Shown here piece by piece: positions 48,600-56,633 of a stretch of 64,000 bases of DNA. Location of the stretch: the IMG/VR virus record IMGVR_UViG_3300028840_003224, positions 1 to 64,000 of that record. The stretch is one strand, 5' to 3'. Under the pieces are notes generated by a model, which made no database searches, was not told where the DNA came from, and saw nothing but the letters and a program-made list of their open reading frames with translations. This stretch comes from an uncultured virus (IMG/VR IMGVR_UViG_3300028840_003224). Lineage: Duplodnaviria > Heunggongvirae > Uroviricota > Caudoviricetes. Both the position numbers and the translations under genes were made by a program. The stretch's first letter is position 1; the number at the start of each line of letters is the position of its first letter.

Positions 48600-50490
48600 G
48601 AAACGACAGAAGCAGCTGGACGCGAAGCGCAAGACCAAGTCGCTGCGACAGAAGGCGGTGTCCGAGCAGCTCATCATCGAGCCCACCAAAGAGACGGGCA
48701 TCCCCGCACTGAATTACAATGCGTGCTTGAAGGCGGTCACCGCTCGCGACCCCAAGGTCTGGGACTTGATCATCAAGTACCTGCTGTTCTTCGAGTCGCA
48801 TCACTTCACCAAGTTCTCCACTGCGGCCATCAAGGTGCTGAATGAATTCGTTCAGATCACCAACACGGCTTTGATGGACGAAGAGTTTGTGCCGAACGAC
48901 AATCACGCACAAGGCCTCGTCCAGGTGGGTCACTTGTACCAGCACATCGTGGCCCTTACCGGCTACGAAACAACGGACGGCCCGCTGCGGAATGTGCTCA
49001 TCACAAAGGACAACGCAGCCAAGGTTCTGATGTTGCAGAACCCTCGATGCGTGACCCAGATCTCTCAGGACAACTTGTTCGCAGTCAGCCCGATACTGGC
49101 TTCGATGTGGTACCAAACCTACTTGCTCGGTATTTCGTCGCCTACCAATGTCATTCAGGCGAACATGTACAATCACATCAAGAACATCGACTCCCGGTGG
49201 GAGCCGTACTCGAACCACGTGTCTGGCATGTACTTCTCCAGCACCTATCATTGCCCTGAGCATGTACGCAACCTGAAGGCCATCATGAACACGGCCATGA
49301 AGAAGGCCATCAAAGAGAAGCTGAACTGGACGTTCACCAACAACCCAGACCCGAAGTCAATCGCGATCATCACCAACCGGTGGCACCGCAACCACGCAGT
49401 GTACAAGTCCGCTGGCCCGCTGGTAGAGCAGTGGAAGGACAAGTACAAGCTGACCCTGATCTGGACCGGAGAGCACAACCCAGACACGATAGTGACCGAC
49501 TACTTCGACTCGGTGCACAAGTGCTACTTCCGACAGGACGGCGGAATTGAGATGCCTGAGGCGTTGGTCGACAACGACTTCCAGATGGTATACTTCCCTG
49601 ACATCGGCATGTCGGACGAGAGCATCTGGCTGAGCAACTGTCGCATGGCCCCGATCCAAGCGGTCGGCTACGGTCACCCTGACACGACCGGCGACAACAA
49701 CGAAATCGACTACCACTTCGGTGGCGACGTCGAGAAGGACTGCGACCCAGAGGCCTACTCTGAGACTCGCGTCATGATCCCTGGTCTCGCACAAGAGCCC
49801 GCGTGGCCGACGTACGAGAGGAAGCACAACTACAAGGCTGACGGCATCGTTCGCATCAACTGCGTGTGGGGCCCCGACAAATACAACAACACGTTGTTGC
49901 AGATAGTCGGTGCTATCAACCAGCGAGTCATCGCCCTGAAGAAGGAAGCCGAATCGGAGCCAGTGCTCGACCACGAGTTCCACTTCTTCGCCAGCCCTGG
50001 GGTCAACCGCTACGCTGCGTTGCCTAGCTTCGTCAACGAGGCCCGCAAGATCGTGCCGAACATGATCATGCACAACGCACAGGAGTATTACGACTACATG
50101 GAGAACGCGGAGCAGCACGACCTCTCCCTGAACTCCTTCCCGTTCGGATGCTACAACGTTCTGATAGAGAGCCTCTACATGGGGCTGCCTTTCATCACGA
50201 TGGTCGGCTCTCGGTTCTACAACCGGGCCGGTATGTGGCTGAACGATCAGGTTGGCATGAGCGAGAACAACGTGACCTCGCCTCGTGACTTTGTCGAGCG
50301 AGCAGCCGAGCTGATCGTCGACCCGGAGAAACTTGCCGCGCAGCGGGAGCACTTGGCAAGCCTGAACCTGAAGGAACGACTGTTCACACTCAAGGGAAAC
50401 TACTTCCTTGAAGCCTTAGAGTACACACTAAAGAATCACCCTTTTACTGAAACGAAACTCATCGGAGAACCAAATGACCAAGCTGAATGA
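48586..50490 (+). CDS. HMW1C-like protein N-glycosyltransferase (GT41)
   Basis: NHAVYK, YFPDIGM..SIWLSNCRMAPIQAVGYGHPDTT, DLSLNSFPFGCYN..ESLYMGLP; helical N-domain, no evident TPRs. Confidence 0.88.
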   Translation: MARNKKRQKQLDAKRKTKSLRQKAVSEQLIIEPTKETGIPALNYNACLKAVTARDPKVWDLIIKYLLFFESHHFTKFSTAAIKVLNEFVQITNTALMDEEFVPNDNHAQGLVQVGHLYQHIVALTGYETTDGPLRNVLITKDNAAKVLMLQNPRCVTQISQDNLFAVSPILASMWYQTYLLGISSPTNVIQANMYNHIKNIDSRWEPYSNHVSGMYFSSTYHCPEHVRNLKAIMNTAMKKAIKEKLNWTFTNNPDPKSIAIITNRWHRNHAVYKSAGPLVEQWKDKYKLTLIWTGEHNPDTIVTDYFDSVHKCYFRQDGGIEMPEALVDNDFQMVYFPDIGMSDESIWLSNCRMAPIQAVGYGHPDTTGDNNEIDYHFGGDVEKDCDPEAYSETRVMIPGLAQEPAWPTYERKHNYKADGIVRINCVWGPDKYNNTLLQIVGAINQRVIALKKEAESEPVLDHEFHFFASPGVNRYAALPSFVNEARKIVPNMIMHNAQEYYDYMENAEQHDLSLNSFPFGCYNVLIESLYMGLPFITMVGSRFYNRAGMWLNDQVGMSENNVTSPRDFVERAAELIVDPEKLAAQREHLASLNLKERLFTLKGNYFLEALEYTLKNHPFTETKLIGEPNDQAE

Positions 50491-51748
50491 AAAGAGCGTG
50501 AAAGAGATCAAGGTGGATCTCTCAGAGAAGCTACTCACTCAGAAGGAAATCGGCACGAAGTACGGCGTCAGCCGGTCTGTCATCAGTGACATCGCCTGTG
50601 GCCGAGTACACAAAGACGTCAAAGCGGAGATAGTCATGACCGAGCAAGACGCCCAGATCTTCAAGCTGCAATCCGACAACGAGCATCTCCGAGACGAACG
50701 CAACAAGTACAAGCGGCAGCTCAAGTCCGCCGCCAAGACTCAGGGCTTGTTCCAAGCCGTGGTCGAGGAGATGGACGAACGAGTCAAGCCGATGCGTCCG
50801 CTGCCCTCGGCACGCCCCAAGTTCAAGAAGGACGGCAAGGGCACCATCCGCGAGCACCTCGTGATGCACATCAGTGATGGTCACCACGACCAGATCGTCA
50901 CGCCCGACGACACGGGCGGACTGGAGACCTATGACTTCCCCATTTCGATGTGTCGGGCCGAGAGGTATGTTGACACGATCCTCAAGTGGACCCAGCAGAC
51001 CTTGCAAGGCTTCGCCTTCCCCAGCCTCACCGTGCTGGCCTACGGCGACCACACGTCCGGCGAGATTCATGGACATACATCGCGATCCTATTTCCGCAAC
51101 GCTTTTAAGAATGCGTTTGCTATCGGTCAACTCCACTCGCTGATGTACCGCGACCTCGCCCCGTACTTTGATCAGGTCAACATCGTCTACGTGCCGGGCA
51201 ACCACGGTCGCCGGTCCAATAAGAAGGACTACCATGGCGCGCATGACAACTGGGACTACCTGATCGCCAAGACCGCCGAGATGTATCTCCGCGACTTGCC
51301 GAACGTTTCCTTCAACATTCCCAACTCGTTCTCGTGCAACCTGGACATTGGCGGCGTCGGCTTCCAAGTCTTCCATGGCGACGACATCCGCTCAAGCTTG
51401 GGCATTCCGTGGTACGGCCTGGAGAAGCGCCGTCACCGAATGATGGCCTTGAACGGTGTTCAGAACTGTACCCCGATTCGCTACTACTGTTGCGGTCACT
51501 TCCACCGCCCCGGTTCGACGACCGAGGTGAATGGCGAGATGCTCATCAACGGCGCGTGGCCTGCAAGTGACGCCTACGCGTTCAACGCCCTCGGCGGGTT
51601 CACTGAACCTTCCCAGTTGATCCACGGCGTCAACAAGGACTATGGTATCACGTGGCGGCTTCCTGTGAAGCTGCGTTGTCCCTACGAAGCGACTGGACCG
51701 CGTCGTTACAAGATCGACCAGATGGAAGAGATCGCAGCGGCACTGTAG
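50474..51748 (+). CDS. HTH + calcineurin-like metallophosphoesterase
   Basis: ISDGH, YGD, PGNHG, FHGD, GHFH. Confidence 0.88.
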   Translation: MTKLNEKSVKEIKVDLSEKLLTQKEIGTKYGVSRSVISDIACGRVHKDVKAEIVMTEQDAQIFKLQSDNEHLRDERNKYKRQLKSAAKTQGLFQAVVEEMDERVKPMRPLPSARPKFKKDGKGTIREHLVMHISDGHHDQIVTPDDTGGLETYDFPISMCRAERYVDTILKWTQQTLQGFAFPSLTVLAYGDHTSGEIHGHTSRSYFRNAFKNAFAIGQLHSLMYRDLAPYFDQVNIVYVPGNHGRRSNKKDYHGAHDNWDYLIAKTAEMYLRDLPNVSFNIPNSFSCNLDIGGVGFQVFHGDDIRSSLGIPWYGLEKRRHRMMALNGVQNCTPIRYYCCGHFHRPGSTTEVNGEMLINGAWPASDAYAFNALGGFTEPSQLIHGVNKDYGITWRLPVKLRCPYEATGPRRYKIDQMEEIAAAL

Positions 51749-51756
51749 GAGGCCAC

Positions 51757-52002
51757 ATGAAGCGTGACACACTAAGATCGTTGCGGGGAAGGCACCGCAG
51801 CGATCCAAGTCCAAACGACGTATTGAACGCGACGCCAATGATCATCCTGATCGCCCTCATCCGGCTACTCTGGATGGTTGTGAGCAGCGTCGCAATCGTG
51901 GTGGGCATTGGGCTCATCGGAGCATTGTTCCTACCTTTCACATGGTATCAAATTGCCCTTACAGTTTTCGTCGTGAGAATCCTGTTCGGGTTCGTTGACT
52001 AA
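51757..52002 (+). CDS. Small membrane protein
   Basis: AGGAGG RBS; hydrophobic C-terminal half. Confidence 0.65.
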   Translation: MKRDTLRSLRGRHRSDPSPNDVLNATPMIILIALIRLLWMVVSSVAIVVGIGLIGALFLPFTWYQIALTVFVVRILFGFVD

Positions 52003-52066
52003 CTCGTCCTTGGCGGACGTTTCCAAACCGACATGGACGTAAACACTTTTAGGAGTTCCTATTCTT

Positions 52067-52792
52067 ATGGCTGGTACTATTGCCACTTTCCTGACCGCTG
52101 CATCGACCATCAACACCAACGAAGACTCTGACCAGAAAGGTCAGCAGCGCCACGCGTACAAAGAGCTGCTTGACCTTCAAGCGATCAACGACCCCACCTT
52201 GTCGCCGCCGTACTTCGCTGATGACGCTTCGGCGTCCATCGCTGCCAACGGAGGCACGACTGGCAACTTCACTATCACACTCAGCTTCCCGAAGGTGGGC
52301 GTCGAAGTCACCACAGGCAACATCGCCTACAACTCGGCGAACGCCGCCGTCCAGACCGCTCTCGACACCGCCCTGTCTGGAGAGGTTCTGAACGAGACGT
52401 ACACCGCTGACGACCTCAAGGTTGGTGTGACTGCTAACGCGTCGTCGGCAGCCATCAGCATGACGGCGAACGGAGACTCAGTCACCAACTTGAACATGCT
52501 CGTCACGACGGCCAACGTCGACATGGACGTAGCAGCACCGGCAGTCACCGCCACTGGCGTTGGCACTGGCAACCGCCAGGGTGAAGCCCTCCTGGCTTAC
52601 CTCAGCGTTGTGACGCCCTTGGGCACCATTACGCCTCAGGGTGACACGCCTGCCGAAGGCGACTACGTGTTGGGTGACAACCCATTCTCACTGAGCCCCG
52701 GCTTGCAGGAGATTATCATCTCCTCGATCCAGCGGGACGAAGACAAGACTATTGGCGACGCCATCCGCGAAGTAGTGGGGTGTGTCCGATAG
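52067..52792 (+). CDS. Virion-like Thr/Ala/Asn-rich protein outside the structural module
   Basis: AGGAG RBS; GNFTITLSF..TTGNIAYNSANAAVQTALD tail-type motif. Confidence 0.75.
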   Translation: MAGTIATFLTAASTINTNEDSDQKGQQRHAYKELLDLQAINDPTLSPPYFADDASASIAANGGTTGNFTITLSFPKVGVEVTTGNIAYNSANAAVQTALDTALSGEVLNETYTADDLKVGVTANASSAAISMTANGDSVTNLNMLVTTANVDMDVAAPAVTATGVGTGNRQGEALLAYLSVVTPLGTITPQGDTPAEGDYVLGDNPFSLSPGLQEIIISSIQRDEDKTIGDAIREVVGCVR

Positions 52793-52793
52793 C

Positions 52794-53075
52794 ATGAAAC
52801 GAAGATCGTTTCTTAGGGTGATTGGAGCGGCAATACCAGCAATGGTGTTGCCGCTTCCTTTGTTGGGAGGCAGCACCCCCTCTGTAGCGGCGGTCCCCGC
52901 CCCCTGTGCGGTGGGAACCACTGGCATAGATTGTTTTGTACCTGAGTCCTGGGCATGCGATGGCCTAAAGGTACTCCAAGAGAACATGGCGATAGCTGAC
53001 ATTGTACACCGAGACTTTGAACCGCACGCCGCGAAGGCGATGGACAGAGTCAGAACAGAAAGAGGAGTGAAATGA
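52794..53075 (+). CDS. Twin-arginine signal fused to capsid N-terminus homologue
   Basis: MKRRSFL + hydrophobic stretch; 22/46 identity to capsid N-terminal segment. Confidence 0.8.
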   Translation: MKRRSFLRVIGAAIPAMVLPLPLLGGSTPSVAAVPAPCAVGTTGIDCFVPESWACDGLKVLQENMAIADIVHRDFEPHAAKAMDRVRTERGVK

Positions 53076-53251
53076 CCGGACCCCGATTCAAAGTGGTAGA
53101 GAACAAGAGCGGCTGCCACTGCTGCGCCCTTTACGACATTATGGACCTTCAGGAAAACGAGGTGGTTTGCAGCAGCGACGACGAAGGTTGGATGGAAGTC
53201 ATCCTCGATTGCTTGAACAGCACATACACCTGGATTGGTCCGTGCCTGTAA
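53072..53251 (+). CDS. Small hypothetical protein (not in ORF track)
   Basis: GAGGAG RBS, ATGA overlap; SGCHCC. Confidence 0.6.
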   Translation: MTGPRFKVVENKSGCHCCALYDIMDLQENEVVCSSDDEGWMEVILDCLNSTYTWIGPCL

Positions 53252-53266
53252 TTCCGAAATAAATAT

Positions 53267-53303
53267 TTGACATGCCCACGTCTGTGCGGTATGCTTTAAG
53301 TAG
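53267..53303 (+). promoter_or_regulatory. Sigma70-like promoter
   Basis: TTGACA-17-TATGCT-TTAAGTAG. Confidence 0.8.
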
Positions 53304-53312
53304 GAGAATCAC

Positions 53313-53645
53313 ATGAAGAGCAGATCACCCCAGCAGCTTGCCGAGGAAACGTATAACCTCAGCGTGGCGGCACTATACGCCGCAGCAGAGGCAGCGGGCT
53401 ACGAGCAAGACGAGATCGTCTCGTTCGCGTTCCGAGAGTCCTTCCTCACGGAAGAGCAGATCACCACCAACAACAAGATGATTGTGGAGGGATTCAAGCC
53501 TCCGTACAGTGCAGCCGTCTACCACAACGCTGTGCGCCTGAAGTCAGACTCAGGTGACATCCTGGGCCTCGTGGCGCAGATCCCTCTCACCCTCCGTCCT
53601 CAACCGCCTGAAGATGCATCAGTATCCATGGAGCGCAAATCATGA
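53313..53645 (+). CDS. Hypothetical protein
   Basis: AGGAG RBS after promoter. Confidence 0.75.
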   Translation: MKSRSPQQLAEETYNLSVAALYAAAEAAGYEQDEIVSFAFRESFLTEEQITTNNKMIVEGFKPPYSAAVYHNAVRLKSDSGDILGLVAQIPLTLRPQPPEDASVSMERKS

Positions 53646-53828
53646 TCGTAGGCCAACCCACCCGAACCCGTTGGCCCCGCTCCATTGAGGCCATCCTGAA
53701 GAAGCAGAAGCACACCACCACCAAGAGTGGCAGTCGGTACTACCCGAACTGGCAGCCCGACCATCGAGGCTCCAACGCCCCGCAGCCGGTCGTCATCCAC
53801 AACGTGGCCAACATAGGGGACATCAATC

Positions 53829-54242
53829 TTGACCGATAAACTCACAGCTCCCATCGAACTACTCAAGTACATCGTCGAGGAGACCTTCCGCCGCTATGAG
53901 GGCGAGGAAGGCTTCCGTGTCACGCAGGTGGATATGTACACCATGGTTGACGCCGAGTCAATCGAACGAGTCTGGTTCGACTGCGAAGACTTCGGAGATG
54001 AAATCGCGAGCGAGATCCGGTACGGCGAAGTAGAGACTGGCCTCGAAGCCCCGTACAATCGTCACTATGAAGCCAGGGAGGTCGGCATCCAGATTACAGA
54101 TGGTCGGTGGATCGGCTGGACGCACTGGTACGGCGGTGGCAAGCACGGCGATCCCGAGTCAATCGACTGGCAGCCGTACGCCTACTTCCTGGAGTGCACC
54201 GAGAAGCTGGTCAAGGTAAAGACCTGGAAGGCGGTGGACTAA
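53829..54242 (+). CDS. Hypothetical phage protein
   Basis: RHYE..WIGWTHWYGGGKHGDPESIDW. Confidence 0.75.
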   Translation: MTDKLTAPIELLKYIVEETFRRYEGEEGFRVTQVDMYTMVDAESIERVWFDCEDFGDEIASEIRYGEVETGLEAPYNRHYEAREVGIQITDGRWIGWTHWYGGGKHGDPESIDWQPYAYFLECTEKLVKVKTWKAVD

Positions 54243-54619
54243 TGTGGAGCCTCTGGCACCCCGAGAAGACTGAGCATGGCCTTCAGTTCCGGCTCAGCTA
54301 CAACATCAACTGGCAAGCCGCCGAGCTGCACGTCATAAAGAACGAGTTCGTCTACGGTTCGCCTGCTAAGCGGTTCCTCGCTCAGACCGAGTGGGTCGAC
54401 CTCGAAGACCTCAAAGGGAGCGACGCAGATCCCAGCTTCCGAGTAAAGGACCGGGAGGGCGGGAACAACCACTTCCAAGCTCTGTTCGACTGCTTGTGGG
54501 AGCAGGGCTACCGACCACCATCCGGCGAGGACCGGAACAAGGACGCCATCGTGCAGGCTAAGGACAGCCACCTGGACGACCTCCGAATGATCATCAAAGG
54601 ACACATGGACATACAATGA
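54242..54619 (+). CDS. Hypothetical protein
   Basis: TAATG coupling; QALFDCLWEQGYRP. Confidence 0.75.
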   Translation: MWSLWHPEKTEHGLQFRLSYNINWQAAELHVIKNEFVYGSPAKRFLAQTEWVDLEDLKGSDADPSFRVKDREGGNNHFQALFDCLWEQGYRPPSGEDRNKDAIVQAKDSHLDDLRMIIKGHMDIQ

Positions 54620-54885
54620 ACAAGAACTCTCCGTTCTGGCCGGTCAACGACGCGGCCTCCCGCCAAGTCTACGCGTCGCCGCCAACGCTGGCGGTCGTCC
54701 GCATCTACTCATCCGTCAACTACTTTGAAGATCGCAGGTTGGAGTTGGAGTGGCGAGGCAGCAAAGCTCTCACCGTGGCCCAGCTGTACGACAACGCCTT
54801 GGGCGGTTACTGGATCGAGGACGCTTTCATGCCTCGCGAGCACTTGCGTTTCATCACTGTCGGCAAACCATTTACAAAGGACTAA
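54616..54885 (+). CDS. Hypothetical protein
   Basis: ATGA overlap. Confidence 0.65.
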   Translation: MNKNSPFWPVNDAASRQVYASPPTLAVVRIYSSVNYFEDRRLELEWRGSKALTVAQLYDNALGGYWIEDAFMPREHLRFITVGKPFTKD

Positions 54886-54887
54886 CC

Positions 54888-55697
54888 ATGTGGAAACGAA
54901 TTCGTATAGCTATCGTGGTCGCTCTTATTACGACCGCGCTATTGATCGGCAGCCAACTGAAGGCCCAGCCGTTCCAGACGTACCCGGAGCAGAGGTGTGT
55001 GAAGAACGAAGGCTACGGGATGATCATCAACGACTTGGAGTGTCACGCCAGGGCGGGACACCCGATGCGGAACGAGAAGGACCCAGGGAACTGGGTTCAT
55101 GAACTCTGCCACCAAGTCAGCAGCGACATCCGTTGCAAGACCAAGGCGAACGACAACGCCATCTACCTGCTGAACAATCACTACGTGATCTTCGTCGAGC
55201 CAGACGTCACCTTGAAGCAGGTGGCTGCGATGGTGCACAAGACGCGGCGGACTGAGACCTGGAAGTTGTACCTCGTCGAGCAACAGCGTTACTGGAACCG
55301 CGAGCCACTCTACATCCTGGACGAGGGCAACGCGTTTGCCATGAGCGTTCTGTATCACACGATGGCGGGCACCGAGGACCCTTACAGGTACACGAAGGCG
55401 AAGGAATTCATCTACTTCTCCGAGGTGCTCCTGAAAGCCGTCAAGTATTACGACCCAGACTACGCCCAGCTGGAAGACCTGGAAGCGTTCATCAAGTACC
55501 AGAACAACCGAGTGAACAACATCCTCAAGCTGTACGACTACGAGGGTGGCGGCCCTGTGCCTGATGAGATCATCCCGGATGAGCTACCGGTGCCTGATGA
55601 GATCAACCCTGACCTTCCAATCGACTACGTCTTCAGCGGAGCCAGCTATCACAACCGTGGCCGGACGAAGAAGTTCTTTAAGAAAGCGGGGAAATAA
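54888..55697 (+). CDS. Secreted HExxH protein (zincin-like)
   Basis: Signal MWKRIRIAIVVALITTALLIG; WVHELCH; YILDE. Confidence 0.7.
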   Translation: MWKRIRIAIVVALITTALLIGSQLKAQPFQTYPEQRCVKNEGYGMIINDLECHARAGHPMRNEKDPGNWVHELCHQVSSDIRCKTKANDNAIYLLNNHYVIFVEPDVTLKQVAAMVHKTRRTETWKLYLVEQQRYWNREPLYILDEGNAFAMSVLYHTMAGTEDPYRYTKAKEFIYFSEVLLKAVKYYDPDYAQLEDLEAFIKYQNNRVNNILKLYDYEGGGPVPDEIIPDELPVPDEINPDLPIDYVFSGASYHNRGRTKKFFKKAGK

Positions 55698-55954
55698 TGG
55701 CAAGTGCACTAGCAAGTTTCATTTTGGTGGCCTGTTTATGTGGCATGCTCTTCTTCGCAATCATCGTGGTCTCCAACGAACGTGACGAGTATGCGAAGAA
55801 GTGGCGGGATCAACTGGCCGAAGTCACCCGCTTGCAGTTCCTCTGCAAGGACAACAGCAAGTCTTCGCAGAAGGCAATCGATGAGCTGAGGCTGCGCAAC
55901 TCGGCCATTATGGCTCGGCTCGTCGAGATCAAAGACATTGTGGAGGACGTATGA
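55697..55954 (+). CDS. TM + coiled-coil protein
   Basis: Hydrophobic N-terminus. Confidence 0.65.
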   Translation: MASALASFILVACLCGMLFFAIIVVSNERDEYAKKWRDQLAEVTRLQFLCKDNSKSSQKAIDELRLRNSAIMARLVEIKDIVEDV

Positions 55955-56127
55955 AACCGAGCGCAATCAAACTCCTGGCTGCCGTCCGTGACGCCCACTC
56001 AGCCCTCGACAGGTTCATCGCCGCCGAGGGGTGGCGTCACGAGGACGAGATAAAGCCAGCGTACTGGGCAGCCGTGCAAGCCCTTGAAGACTTCAAAGCA
56101 GAAATGGAAGAGGACCCTGGCCTGTGA
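55951..56127 (+). CDS. Small hypothetical protein (not in ORF track)
   Basis: GGAGG RBS; overlaps on both sides. Confidence 0.6.
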   Translation: MKPSAIKLLAAVRDAHSALDRFIAAEGWRHEDEIKPAYWAAVQALEDFKAEMEEDPGL

Positions 56128-56633
56128 GCGAGAAGTGGAAAGACATAGAAGGCTACGAAGGTGCATACCAAGTGTCTGACCTTGGGCGTGTCCGCTCGTT
56201 GCCTAGGGAAGCCAAGCATCCGACGCACGGAACCTGCCAGTTGAAGGGCCGGGTGCTGAAACACTTCTTCAACAATTTCGGGTATCACCAAGTTGGGCTA
56301 TCTGGAAGAACCTTCAACGTTCACAAGCTGGTGGCAGAGGCGTTCCTAGGCCGTCGCCCAGAAGGTCACGAGGTTCGGCACGGGCCAGCAGGTTTAGGCG
56401 ACAACTCTGTTGACAATCTCAGCTATGGCACCCGACAGCAGAACGCGTTAGATCAACGAAGAGATGGAACCCATGGAGGGTCACCAGTAATCAGGAGTGA
56501 CGGTGTTCGCTTCATAAACATCAGTGTTGCGGCTGAGGAGAGCGGTACATACCACAGTAACATTTGCAAAGCTTGCACCGGACAACGAAACACAGCAGGA
56601 GGGTATAGCTGGACTTATGAGATTCAGACCTAA
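56124..56633 (+). CDS. NUMOD4-HNH homing endonuclease
   Basis: EKWKDIEGYEGAYQVSDLGRVRS, VHKLVAEAF, DNSVDNL, TAGGYSW. Confidence 0.92.
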   Translation: MSEKWKDIEGYEGAYQVSDLGRVRSLPREAKHPTHGTCQLKGRVLKHFFNNFGYHQVGLSGRTFNVHKLVAEAFLGRRPEGHEVRHGPAGLGDNSVDNLSYGTRQQNALDQRRDGTHGGSPVIRSDGVRFINISVAAEESGTYHSNICKACTGQRNTAGGYSWTYEIQT

